Shown piece by piece: positions 36,420 to 48,633 of a stretch of 64,000 bases of DNA. The translations under genes were made by a program, and so were the position numbers. The stretch is from Cyanophora paradoxa CCMP329 (Eukaryota; Plantae; Glaucophyta): positions 1-64,000 of the forward strand of contig QPMI01000164.1 in assembly GCA_004431415.1 (NCBI GenBank), given 5' to 3'. Position 1 is the first letter of the stretch, and each line of letters begins with the position of its first letter. Under the pieces are notes generated by a model that ran no database searches, was not told the origin of the DNA, and saw nothing but the letters and a program-made list of their open reading frames with translations.

Positions 36420-39400
36420 TCAGCGCTGCAGGGCCGAGGAGACCATGCTGCGGAACTCTTCCACGCGGAACGGCTTGAGGAGGAACCCCGCCATGCCGGC
36501 GCGGGAGCAGCGCTCGCGGGTCGCCTCGTCGGCGTCCGCCGTGATCGCCACGACGAAGGGCCGCCGCCCGTTGAGGCTCCCCCCGCACGCGTCGCGGTCG
36601 GACAGCTGGAGAATGCGCTCGCACGCCTCGATCCCGCCCATGCGCGGCCTGCATGTTGTCAACAACGTCAGATCAAACGGGGAATCCATTGCAAAAGCGC
36701 TGCAGCGAGAAAATCCAAATTAAAAAAGACGGCGGACATGTTGATGTCGAGGAGGACGACGGCGTGGCGCCCGGCCTCCCACTTGGCGAGCGCCTCCTCG
36801 CCGTCGTCGGCGAAGTCTGCAGCGACGCCCATGCCGCCCAGCAGCCGCCCGATTACCATCCGGTTCATCTGCGGAGGGGGCGGTATTTTGAATTCAGTTC
36901 GATCGAACGTTCTAATCGCCGGCAATCCTCACGATCAAGAAAACGCAGGCTCACAGGATGGTCATCGGCAACGAGAATGGGATTGTATTTGTACGGCGGG
37001 TTCTGGCTCTGAGACTCGCGCCCGGCACCATCGGCAGAGATGCATGCCGGAATGTCGCGGGTGAGACGGCCAGCACTAGCCGATGCATATGGGCGCCTGC
37101 AGCTGCCCCTGTTAATTTCGATCACGTGTACAACCTGCTCTACCGCGGCCGGGGCCACGGCTGAAGCTGCGCCCGTCGGGGGCGAAAGCTGCAGCGCTAG
37201 CTGCGGAGTGAACGGCAGGTGCTGCGCGTGCGCCTGCTGCCCGCACCAGCTGACCGTCCGCCTAACTGGCGAGGCCGCGGCCCCGGCCGGGCTGCAGCTG
37301 AAGCTGATCGCACGTGGCAGCTGCAGCTGCATCGCTCCCGGCACCGCAACGCTAGCCGCGGAGACCGCCGACCGCCACGTCGACGCCTTGAGGAGCGTTC
37401 GCTCGACCCGCGAGTAGGTGAGCGGAGTGGAGAGGACGGCGCGGCCAGCGGCGGCAAGGCACGCGCTCGCCCGCAAGCTGCCCGCGATGAAGCCCGTGCT
37501 GTCGACGCCCATAGCTAAGCCCGTCACGGAAAGATTCGCCGAGTTGACGCTGGACCGACGGGAACCGAATTCGATCGCGAACCCTCCATGGCCACCCGAC
37601 GTCGACGCAATGGAAGAGCCGGCCGCGGATCCGGACGCGTATACGCAAGGCGAGACGGATCCTCGCGTGTCCTCGGCTTCGAATTCAGCGAGGTCCGAGA
37701 TGGACCTGTGCTCGGAAGCCGACTTGCAATTGTCTTCGAATTCCGATCGCGAGTCGCGGCGGATGCCATTGCGCTCGTGCGGGCAAAGGAATACGACCGC
37801 TGGCAGCCCGCTGCTGTCGAAGATATGCGTCAGAAACAAAAATGATTACAGTGCTAGTTGTTCCGCCGGTACCACGCGTACGGCGGGTCGACGTCTGGGG
37901 GTCACCTTGCCGGGAGGAATTGCTCGAGGAGTGCCAAGGCACTCTGCTCCGTTTCTTCAGCCTTCAGAAGCGAGCAGCAGGTCCGCAGTGGTACGATGAG
38001 GTAGTCGCAAGGGGCGCTCTCTCTGTCGCGATCGGAAGATGCCGCCGCCTGCTCCTCGCCAGGAGCCGGCAAAGCGACCATTTCGACAGAAAGGTGGTCG
38101 AGAATGTTGCGAAGCGCGGGGATGACCGCCGCCGACAGGCCCGGGTACAGGGCGGCGCGGCGCAGGTTCGAGCTGACGGGGGCGGCTGCCGTTGAGAGTT
38201 AGCTATAGATCTAGGTACGTGTTTCCGCGGATACATCTTCGAGTTCGTGAACGCAAGCGCGCACGTGCACGGGATGCTGTTGCGTTACGGGAGCTTGCCA
38301 GCGTCTGGTCTGCCATCCAGCCCAGCCGAACGCTAAAGGACACCTTCGTACCCACTCCAAGCTGCGGGAAATGAATAAAGAATCAAAGGTATGATCATGG
38401 GTACATGTACATGTGCATGTACAGAGGCATCTGACTCGCCTTGCTTGTGATACGGACTTCACCGTGCATCGCCTCGACGATCGCTTTCGCAATGCACAGG
38501 CCCTGTTCGATCATAAATTTGAGATGTTCGATGGTTTTATAATTATATAACATGCGCTGCAATTGATTATGATCACACACCAAACCAGTCCCCATGTTGC
38601 AATTGCGCTTCCCGTTCGAATCTCCGACCTTCACACGCTAGCGCTTAGAGCTTGCGGACAGTCCGCATTCGCGAGCTTGCGAACCTGCACAAAGGACGCA
38701 AAGAGGCGGCCAAGGTCCTCCTTGGCAATGCCGCAGCCCGTGTCCTCGACTTCGAACTGGCGAAGATTGTCCGGGACGGGAGTCAGAGCGCTAGCGGCCG
38801 GGCAGAAATCGCAAGAAAGCTCCCTAGGCCTGGACGAGAACCTCGAGCACCTCTAGCAGAGCACCGCATGCTGCAGAGGCCGGCCCGCCCTTGCCCATCC
38901 CGGCGTCATGCTGACAATCGCTTCAGAACGAATGCAAAGCCTGCATATGTAAAACCTGACGTCGACCCGCGATCGATATCGCTCACCGTTGCGTCTCCCT
39001 TCACTGCACGGCATCTGACGATCACGGCGCCCTTGTCCGTAAATTTCTGCGCGGAACAGCGTTAAGAAGCCCCCGCGGGCGGCCGATTGAGCTGATGTTT
39101 CACTGCTGACGCCTCATGATCACCAGCGCGTTGGACGTGAAGTTGTTGAGCACTTGCCGCAGCTTGGTCTCGTCTCCAACAGGGCGCCCGGATCCGAGGG
39201 CCTCGTCGACAGTCACCGAGCAGGCGAGCTGAGGCTCGAGTTAGGACCATGGCCAGCTGCAGCTGGAGCTGCAGCTCATGATCATGATCACATGTACACA
39301 GAGCTCACGTGGACGCCGACGTGGGCACGGGCGGACGAGGCCGACAAAGCGGCGTCGATGCACGCGCGGAGGCCGAACGGGGCGCTTCCGAGCTGGAGCT

Positions 39401-41713
39401 TTCCAGCTTCAATCTGGCTAGGAATATTACCAAACAGCAGGTCGAAGTTAAAATAAACAGCAAGGGAAGCTTCGAAGCGCGCGCGTACTGCGAACCTTAG
39501 CGAAATCGAGGGCATCGCCGATGAAGTCTAGCATGGACTGCCCCGAGAAGCAGATTCCGCTGGCGAGCTCGCGTTGGTCCTCCGTCAGCGGCCGCGACTC
39601 GAGGAGGAGCTGAGTTCCCGCGATGAGGCCGTGCAGCGGCGTGCGGAGCTCTGCACGCTGCCGTCAGAAGCACAAATCAAGCGCAGCAAATGGCGAGAAT
39701 ATGAGAGGCGAGCGCGCCGTGGGATGTGTAGGAGACCCAGGAGGATTTCGCCTGGCTCGCCGCCTCGGCCCTCCCCGCCTTCTCGTTCGCGTCGATCAGC
39801 GCCGCCCGGGCCGCGGCCTGCGCCGCCTCCGCCACGCGAGGGGCGGTCACGTCCTGCGCGGAGGCGTCCGATCGCGAGCGATCGTGAGCTCGGCTGATAG
39901 CCGAGGCCAATTGCAGAAGCCTTCGGGTATACGCGCACCCGCACGAGCCCGAGCCAGTTGGTGATCTTCCCGGTGGAGGGGCAGCGGACGGGCTGGAGGT
40001 GCACGTTCGCCACCCACGGCGTCCCGTCCCTCCTCCGCGCGGCAAACTCGAGCTCCTCGCTGCAGCAGAGTCAGAGAAAATCGCCTTGATCTAAAAATGG
40101 ATTGTATGTATACATATACATGTGCCGCGCGCGCACCATCGCCCAGCGGTCAAAGCAGCGACCAGGTCTGAGTGCGTCTTGCTCCCGGCCTGGACGCAGC
40201 CCAGGATGGGGCACAGCATCCCAACGACCTGACGAAGGCAACCGTAATTAGCAAGGCATGGCAGCCGCAAGTGCAGTACCTCGTGGAAACGGAATCCGGT
40301 CAGGCGTTCGTAGCTCGCATTCCTGATCGTGATTATAAGATCCAGAATTCGAAGCGCAGCGCTCGCGATCAGGGAGCTCGAGACCCTCGCTCACCCGTAG
40401 ATGAGCTTGTTGCCCTCCTCGTTCGCAATAGCCACGCCTTCGTGCGTCGAATCGAGGGCGCTGCAGGCGTGATCATGATCACAGTTACACCCAAAGTATA
40501 TCAATATTAATATTGCACACCTGAGGACTGTGCGCGGAACGTCTCCGGATCCCCGCCAGAGTGCGGATTCGCGAGAGCGATCTCGCCGAGCCCACCGAAG
40601 CGCTGCGGGGGTCTGGTTTACTCGTGCGAGAAACAAACAGCAGAGTTATTGAAAAACAAGCTTAAGATTTTTACCTTCAGCGTTGCTGATCTGTGCTTGC
40701 GCGATGGGAGTTCCGGGTGTGGTGTGAGCGATCAATTATAATATATAGCTGCAGCTGCAGCTGCAGGACGTTAACGAGCAGGCGGACCGCGCTGGCGGCG
40801 GCCCGGATGAACACCCGAGCAGAGGCGTCGAAACACGAACTCGCGCTCCGGACGCCCTCCGCGGAGACACGGATCGTCGCGCTTTTACTGAAACGATTTG
40901 CTTCGTGTTAGAAAACAAAGGATCAACAGAATCTAGAGTACATTCGACACAGTATTTGATTTTAGCGCACCCGTTGCAGACCGCCGAGGCTGTCAACGAA
41001 TGGAGGACAGTTAACGTTGCCGTCGACGTCGGTGTCGCAGGCGAGCTGGCTCGCGATATCGATGGACGCATATGCGGTCGGATCGTGATTGGCCCTCCGC
41101 AGAAGCAAAGGGGGTGCGGTCCGCCGCCGGTCTTGCGGCTGTGTACCACGTCGCTGCTCCAGCTCCGATTGCCCGTCGTCGACGCGTCCTCCAGATGGAC
41201 GGTGACGCGGACACCGGGAGAGGCGCGCGGCCCTCCGAAGGCAGCCTCAACCAGGGCGCCGTACAGGGACGGCTCGGCAGCCGAGTCCGTTGACAGCGCC
41301 AGGTTGTATTCGAAGTCACAATCCGCGAAAGCCTTGCAATTGGCTCCGCAGGCGTGCGCATGCACACGTCCGACTGTACATGTGCATGTGTCTTTCGCGG
41401 CCGGCGAATTCGAAGCAGCCGGACTGGCGGGCCCGCGGCCGCTGCCGCTGCCTTGACCGGCTCCGAGAGCGTGGAGTCGGCCCAGGACCGCCATCCGCAC
41501 CGCAGCAACGTCCTCGCATCCGCGGTCGTCGCAATTGCAAGGGTTGCGCGGGGCGCCGTCCGTACGCGTGGCACCGCCGCCGTTCTCTTGCTGTAGTTGC
41601 GACGGATCGATATCGCGAGCCTTCGGCTTCCACGCGCGCTCGCCCCCCACGGGCACGGCGGCGCCCGCGATGGACTCCGCGAGTGCCTCAAAGGTGAGAT
41701 GGTCGACCTCCAT
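36420..41713 (-). CDS. Hybrid histidine kinase (PAS/PAC-HisKA-HATPase-linker-REC)
   Basis: PAC-like RRRDGTPWVANVHLQPV..ITNWLGLV; H-box AKSSWVSYTSH|ELRTPLHG; N-box GDETKLRQVLNNFTSNAL|KFT; G1 FEVEDTGCGI; G2 GTGL|GLCIAKAIVEAMHG; receiver ILVADDHP..VVLLDINM|PRMGG..VVAITA..GFLLKP. Joining the 40736-41713 ORF as the N-terminus is inferred. Confidence 0.88.
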
Positions 41714-41870
41714 CGCGCCGTCCGCACGCTCTCGCTTTTCACTGAGAGTCAGGCATGCGCGCAGCTGCGTTTTCTGAAGTTCGATATCGATATCGATGCT
41801 CGTTTGGTTAATGCGGACATGTACTACGGTACTATACTATGATATACGTACGTATATGTATGCCGTTCTA

Positions 41871-43797
41871 AATTACCGTACGTGGCTGCGCGGGGCGGTA
41901 ATTCTAGGGGGTAATTTTAATTTGTTTTGTTTTTGGTTAATTACAGTCTCTAGCTATAGACACCAGCACTGCGCATGCGGGGGCTGCCCAGCTGCGGCTG
42001 CACTGCAAGCCTTGAAGGTGCACAGCCGCGGCCGCACATGCATGTACAGGCCCCAGGGGCAAAGTAATATTACCTGGATATAATTATAAAATAGTAACTT
42101 GTAAGCTCCGGACGGTCCGGGCCGTACTACGGTATACGTACTTAATCATTGAATGTTTGCTCCGAGCCTCCGAGGCGCGGCGCTCATATTCGAAACGTGC
42201 CCCTTCGACCCCCTTGTGGTAACACTGGTAAGACAGTGTAGGCTGTGTAGCCTAGTATATATAGTCTGCAGTGACTCTGCACTGACTCTGCACTGACTCT
42301 GCACTGACTCTGTAATTTTTTTGGGTTGCTGTAGCGTGTGGACTCCGGGAGCTTATCATGATCGAGCAATATAATATTGATTGAATCCGCAATATTAATG
42401 CCATACTAGCTATAGGCTATAGCTACAGGTTAGCCAAAAACTACGGTAGCTAGAACATCTTCGTGCTGACTCAGTGACGTCGACGGCGCTGGCGCCGCGG
42501 CGGTCGTCACGACGTGATCACCGGGTACTACGGTATGCTGATTATGATAATGATGATTCCGCGTGCGCCCGGCCCTTAAGCTTTAGAAAGACGTCGACAG
42601 TTCAACTTCAAAGACTCCCTTTAAATTTGGTTTCTCAGACTTACTAAGCTACTCCGAGCCTCGGAGCCTTCGACTCTACAATGAGAGTCTACATCTCCAA
42701 TATTACCTGGATATAATTATAAAATAGTAACTTGTAAGCTCCGGACGGTCCGGGCCGTACTACGGTATACGTACTTAATCATTGAATGTTTGCTCCGAGC
42801 CTCCGAGGCGCTCATATTCGAAACGTGCCCCTTCGACCCCCTTGTGGTAACACTGGTAAGACAGTGTAGGCTGTGTAGCCTAGTAGTCTCAGAGTCTGCA
42901 GTGACTCTGCACTGACTCTGCAGTGACTCTGCACTGACTCAGTGACTCTGTAATTACCGTACGTGGCCGGCTGCGCGGGGCGGTAATTCTAGGGGGTAAT
43001 TTTAATTTGTTTTGTTTTTGGTTAATTACAGTCTCTAGCTATAGACACCAGCACTGCGCATGCGGGGGCTGCCCAGCTGCGGCTGCACTGCAAGCCTTGA
43101 AGGTGCACAGCCGCGGCCGCACATATGCATGCATGTACAGGCCCCAGGGGCAAAGTAATATTACCTGGATATAATTATAAAATAGTAACTTGTAAGCTCC
43201 GGACGGTCCGGGCCGTACTACGGTATACGTACTTAATCATTGAATGTTTGCTCCGAGCCTCCGAGGCGCGGCGCTCATATTCGAAACGTGCCCCTTCGAC
43301 CCCCTTGTGGTAACACTGGTAAGACAGTATAGCACTGTGTAGGCTGTGTAGCCTACTAGGCTAGTATATATAGTCTGCAGTGACTCTGCACTGACTCTGC
43401 ACTGACTCTGCACTGACTCTGTAATTTTTTTGGGTGGCTCAGCGGCTGTAGCGTGTGGACTCCGGGAGCTTATCATGATCGAGCAATATAATATTGATTG
43501 AATCCGCAATATTAATGCCATACTAGCTATAGGCTATAGCTACAGGTTCAACGGTTAGCCAAAAACTACGGTAGCTAGAACATCTTCGTGCTGACGTCGA
43601 CGGCGCTGGCGCCGCGGCGGTCGTCACGACGTGATCACCGGGTACTACGGTATGCTGATTATGATAATGATGATTCCGCGTGCGCCCTTAAGCTTTAGAA
43701 AGACGTCGACAGTTCAACTTCAAAGACTCCCTTTAAATTTGGTTTCTCAGACTTACTAAGCTACTCCGAGCCTCGGAGCCTTCGACTCTACATCTCC
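41871..43797. repeat. Young local segmental duplication with structure ABC-B-ABC (41871-42698, 42699-42955, 42952-43797)
   Basis: Two near-identical ~830-bp copies plus a ~255-bp partial middle copy. AATT microhomology at the B/ABC junction. Internal 11-mer ACTGACTCTGC repeats. Confidence 0.95.
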
Positions 43798-45590
43798 GAG
43801 GGGGGTCGCGAATCATTGACCGCCATCCAATGATCAGTTGCAATTGCAATTACGTGATTGCAATCCACTTGAATCCAGGCCCGCCGCCTGCGGCCGCTGG
43901 CCGGCGCGCGCCCGCGCGCGCTATAGGCTATAGCTAGCGCTGCTTGGATAAATTTTAGTGTGTTTATCGAAAATTGTATAAACACAGGGATTGTTCCTAC
44001 GAACTATATATCGGAAACGGATTGCGCGTGCGCGCACAGGTGCGCATGCCAGCGCTAGCTGCTGCCGCAGTGCCAGCCTGCCACTAGCTGCCTGCCACTG
44101 GCTGCCAGGGCTCAGCGGCGCCGGCTGAGCTGCAGCCTCAGGGCCGCCGGGCCTGCAGCATGCAGAGAGTCCGTCACGTGCACGCGGCGGTCACGAACGT
44201 ACGATAAGGTACGAAATACCGTAGTAAACGGGAATCTTAATTAGCTTAGGCCCAAGCCTTGAAGTAGGCCTAGGGGAACCGTACCGTTAACGTTGAACAT
44301 GAACGTCTACTAAGTATCATAGTATATACCGGTACTAGATCTACGCACGTGCACTGTTCACGTTCAACGGTTACGCACGAATTCTATATATAACTTTCAA
44401 GTTTAGTGTAACTTAGTAAGCACAAGATGATACTGTAAACGTATACGTAGGAAAGTTCGTCGAGACTTAATTTCGACAAAACCCGAGTATCAAATATTCG
44501 TCAAAGCGAGGGTCTGACAGATAGACGAAATAAAGACGCTGTCGAAGATTTCTACGTTTACAGTATTCTGGCCAGTGGTCCAGACCGTCCAGTGAATCAC
44601 ACAGATTCACACTGACCGTCGGACACTGTAGTACTGTACGACGTGTGTACGTATACATGTCTGTGACTTCCGGCCCAAGTTCCGGGTACGTATATCCCCG
44701 TTTCGAGCACGCGCGGCGCCACGTGCATGCGCACGCGTAGGCTGCGTAGCCGAGCGCATGCGCTGATGATGCGCATATTGCGACGGTGACGCGCTAGCGC
44801 TCCGGGACCCGGCTTTCAAAGTTTGCCAGCCTGGCCCAGTGGCAGTCCCGAGTCCGCGGACTGTGCGCCGCACTGCGGCAGCCTGCGCCGGCCCTGCGGC
44901 CCTGCGCAATGCGCATGCGCGCGCGATCATCGGATCGAGGTTTTTTCCGGATATATCACCCTTGAAATGTTTGTTCCGAAGTTCCGAGAACTTCGAATTC
45001 GAAATTCCGACGGTTCCTGCGAAAGGGTCCCAGGATTGTACTATCTTGTAGTATCATTGTATACGTAGGGGCAATCGACTCTGATTCTCTGAAGCGGGAG
45101 TCTGAGAGGCCCAGACTGAGGGACGCACGTTTGTATTACCATTGTTCAAGTGTCGAGCCATTGTTCAAGTGTTGAGCCATTGTTCAAGTGTTGAGACTCT
45201 CGAACTCGAGAGCCTGATGACTCAGTGATGCCATGATGAGGGACGTCGACGCAACTTCACGCCGTGACAGTGCACGTGACGCAAGTTTTATAATTACGAT
45301 CGACAAATCCTAGGCCTGCAGAGGAGTGACAGCTGCAGGACACAGGATTGTTCCGAACCGCGAGCGACTAGTACGTCGCGTCGTCGACTACTACCCGGTA
45401 GTAAGCCTTGCAATTGAAGCTTGCGGGCATTGCGGCCCAACTTGGCAACTGTCGGTCCGACGGTCATTCACGAATCATTTGGCCATGAATTCGACAGGGG
45501 AACAACTGGCTGCCAAGTTCTGGCAAGTTGTGCCAAGTTGGCAACTTGGCAACCGAGTCCGAAGTTCTCCGAACTTCGGAAGTTACTCCG
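43670..45590 (+). repeat. Dispersed repeat family, copy A (old, heavily expanded by micro-insertions)
   Basis: Collinear anchors shared with 50670-53550: TGATTC.GCGTGCGCCC, GTCGCGAATCATT, AGGGATTGTTCCT.CGAACT, TATATCCCCGTTTCGAGC, TGCGAAAGGGTCCC, CCATTGTTC.AGTGTTGAG, GTCCGACGGTCAT, GAAGTTCTCCGAAC. Confidence 0.75.
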
Positions 45591-45687
45591 AACTAGTACT
45601 TCAAGACTCCGGAGCAGTGATGGCGTCATGACCGGACTCCCCCTGGAGGTTGCAGCCGTCGCAGCGGTGGGTCGCGTCTTCAAGGCT

Positions 45688-46122
45688 TCAAGGAGGCGGG
45701 GCCCAGGCGCAGGACCAGGCGGGGCCACGGAGCGAGCTGCGTGACGGCGGCGCGCCAGGCTGCGGCAGGAGGGAGCGCGCCTCGGCGTCGAGGGCCTCGG
45801 CGTCGGCGTCGGCGTCGGCTGCCTCGCCGACCAGCGCGGCGAACCGCTCCTGGACGGCGCGCTGCTCGGAGCGGACGGCCTCGTGCTGCGAGAGGGCCCT
45901 GTCCAGGACGCCCAAGGCGGCGCGGGCGCGCGACCCGGCCGCGGCGACGGCCGCGCGGGCGGCGGAGAGGCGGGCCTCGGCCTCCCGGAGCCGCGCGGCG
46001 GCCGCCTCGCCGCCGCGGCCCAGGAGGTGCGCCGTCCACGCACGGCGCGCCTCGAGCTCGATGGCGCGGGCGCGGACCGCGGAAGGGGAGTAGCAGGGGG
46101 CTCGAGGGGGCGACATCGACAT
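45688..46122 (-). CDS. Intronless small Ala-rich coiled-coil protein (hypothetical)
   Basis: MSMSPPRAPCYSPSAVRARAIELEARRAW...LREAEARLSAARAAV...EALDAEARSLL. GC3-rich codons; divergent from the thioredoxin-like gene. Confidence 0.5.
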   Translation of the reverse strand: MSMSPPRAPCYSPSAVRARAIELEARRAWTAHLLGRGGEAAAARLREAEARLSAARAAVAAAGSRARAALGVLDRALSQHEAVRSEQRAVQERFAALVGEAADADADAEALDAEARSLLPQPGAPPSRSSLRGPAWSCAWAPPP

Positions 46123-46167
46123 CGGTAGCGCGCGCCCCGATCGGCGGGGTTTTTTGGGGGGTGGGCG

Positions 46168-46174
46168 TATAAAA
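46168..46174 (+). promoter_or_regulatory. TATA-like element in a 65-nt divergent intergenic spacer
   Basis: TATAAAA ends 13 nt upstream of the ATG at 46188, in an otherwise GC-rich context. Confidence 0.45.
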
Positions 46175-46187
46175 GAGAAGCCCCCCG

Positions 46188-46457
46188 ATGGACGCAACCG
46201 CCTTGCCCGCCGCCGCCACCGCCCCCGCCCCCGTGATCTACGTCAGCAAGTCCTGCCCTTACTACCACACCGCAATGGAGGAGATCGCCGCGCACCCGGC
46301 GGCCCGGCAGCGCATCGCGCAGGTCGTGGAGGCGTCGGAGGCCCCCGGCGCGGCCGCGCAGGCCGGAGCTCGAGTCGACGGTTTCCCGACGATCGTGCAA
46401 GGGCCCCAGCGATTCTCGGGCCTCTTTCAGGTCCGCGACTGGATGGCTGGGAAGTGA
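46188..46457 (+). CDS. Intronless 89-aa thioredoxin/glutaredoxin-fold protein (CPYY instead of CPYC)
   Basis: Beta strand VIYVSKS followed by CPYY, then a helix, cis-Pro motif VDGFPTI, and terminal RFSG..VRDWM helix. Confidence 0.7.
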   Translation: MDATALPAAATAPAPVIYVSKSCPYYHTAMEEIAAHPAARQRIAQVVEASEAPGAAAQAGARVDGFPTIVQGPQRFSGLFQVRDWMAGK

Positions 46458-46693
46458 AGGATCGCGAGTTGCAAGCTGATTGGCCCACGCCCTTCGAGCT
46501 GCAGCTGTGTTTCGTGTAAAATTCAGAACGTTAACGCGGGCATGCACAGCCACATTTTGTTGCGCGGGGAAGAAGGGGAAGGAGCGGGGCTGACCGGCCG
46601 CGGGCGGGCCGAGCTAGAATTGGCCTGCCTCTCAAGAGCCGCCGGAGGCGCAGCCAGCGCTCGGCGGCATGGACGCAAAGAGGCTGCTTGAAT

Positions 46694-46725
<32 letters not shown>

Positions 46726-47125
46726 CTTCACGTGTTCGGCGGGGGAGACGGGGGGCTCTTTGTTGCTTGGGACGTCCGAGGCCTGAGCTCGGCGCTCGTA
46801 TCGGGCCTGCAGCAGGCCGCCGCAATTGCTGCGGTGGAAGAGGCCGCTCGCGATCGTGTCCCCGAGGCCGTCCCGGCGCGGGCGTACCACCTGCGGCACC
46901 TGATCATCACCATCACCTTAAGATGCATTCATACCCGGGCCCGTGATATCGACCCGCTGACGGTTCACGGGAGGCGCATGGCGGGGCGGGAAGCGATCAG
47001 CATGCCGATGTCCACCGAGGCCCCCCGGCCCTCCCCTCCCCCCCCCCCCCCCCCCCCCCTCCCTCCCCCCAGGCCAGCCCGTTTTACAGCTTGAAGCCCG
47101 TTACGCCTTCCGTAGGTATTCGCAG

Positions 47126-48412
47126 CAGGGTCCGCAGCGAGCCGCCCCGTGCCGCCTTGCCTTTGCGTCACTGACGCGGGCGGTTGTGTTCGAATTCATT
47201 CGGGCAGTCTGTGAGGCTCAGCGCAAGTCCTCTGGAGACGACATCGTTCTGTCAGAGCCCGCCCTGGTCTCCCTCGAGGCCTGCAGCTGCCCGCCCGCCC
47301 TCGCCCATCTATTCTTCCGAGGCTTCCCGATCTTCGGTCCTGGGAATAATATTTAATAGATGGACCCGGCTTGCGTTGTCTGGCATCCCGCTCCTGCAGC
47401 TGCATGTGCCTCTTATTTCGCTCTTGCAATTGCAGGGGAGCTGCACGGTGGAGCAATTGGACGGTCTGGAAACGAGCGGCGGCCGCTTATACTTCCGCTT
47501 GACGTCGACGTCGACGTCGGTCCTGGCCACGGCGGCGGGTGCCGATTCCGACGCTCGTCCGGGGAGCTCGAGTCGCGGCGCGAGCGCGAGGAGCCCAATG
47601 GGATCCCTCAAGCTGAAGGGCCCGATGCCGAAGGCGCCCACAGCGAAATCGCTCGCAGCGGAGCTCATCGGCAGGACGCACTCTTCCCGCTCCCTCGCCC
47701 CCGCCGCGGCGCCCGCGGATCCGGCCGCTGAGTGCCCCTGTTCGGCAACCCGCGCCGCGGCCGCCGCCACGCTGGCCCCCTTCTTGGAGACCATCCTTCC
47801 TCTGCTCCCGGGTGCACACGTTGACGGCGCCGGCGCCGGCGCGCGCCCATCATGTAGAACTCAAATTAAAGTGCGAAACTGACTCGAGCTCGTGATCGCG
47901 CGGGCAGCTTCCGGAACAAAGAGCAGCCGTGGTGGCTACGACTTTAATTACTTTCTGGACGAAATCCGCACCGTCTTCATCGTTTTCGGTAGCGATTTCA
48001 ATGCCGGATCCGCCCTCGTTTCCACTTGCGCGCGACCTGTGCTTACTGGTGCCATCCGCTCCGAAGTGTCGTTCCCGGAGCTCGACACCATCAACCGCTC
48101 GATACAGGAGGGGGCTCAGTGGCATGCGACACGCTTCGCACAGGTCCGTCATTTTCGAATCAGATATTGCGCGAACAGTGCACGTGCCACATATACATGT
48201 GCTCTGCAACCTTCATTTGATTACGAGCTCCGGATCCGGTCTAGGTCACTCGTGCTGTGTATCAGATCGCCAAGGAGCTGGATGGAGACGTCAACAAGGT
48301 TTTCCTTGTGAAGCTTTTTTAATTTGCAGCTCTAGCTTTATTTCTTGTCATGGCCATTCTATCCCACTCGGTTGTTTTCCCTTCTGAACGCTTGTTCCGC
48401 ACATTTCGAATT
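47126..48412 (+). pseudogene. Intron-containing duplicate of an internal 1.27-kb piece (55442-56709) of the cyclase gene
   Basis: Near-identical to 55442-56709, with matching ORF translations in the track. About 6 substitutions and 4 insertions by eye. Lacks the gene start and end. Confidence 0.95.
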
Positions 48413-48633
48413 TTCACATTTCATTTCCTCAGTGACTGGCAGGAAGGCTGGCTGGAACTTTCGGAAGGCTACAGTGATTTGGTAGGAAAGCGTTCGCGAT
48501 CGCCGAGTCGGAGGCGGATTCGGCGCGCCGCCGCTTGTATCGCTGCGAATAGGCGTAACACTTGGGATCGGACGTCCCTGCGCCGTGGATGACTCTCATG
48601 ATCAGTGACGGAACAGATGCGATTAATTAGAAT

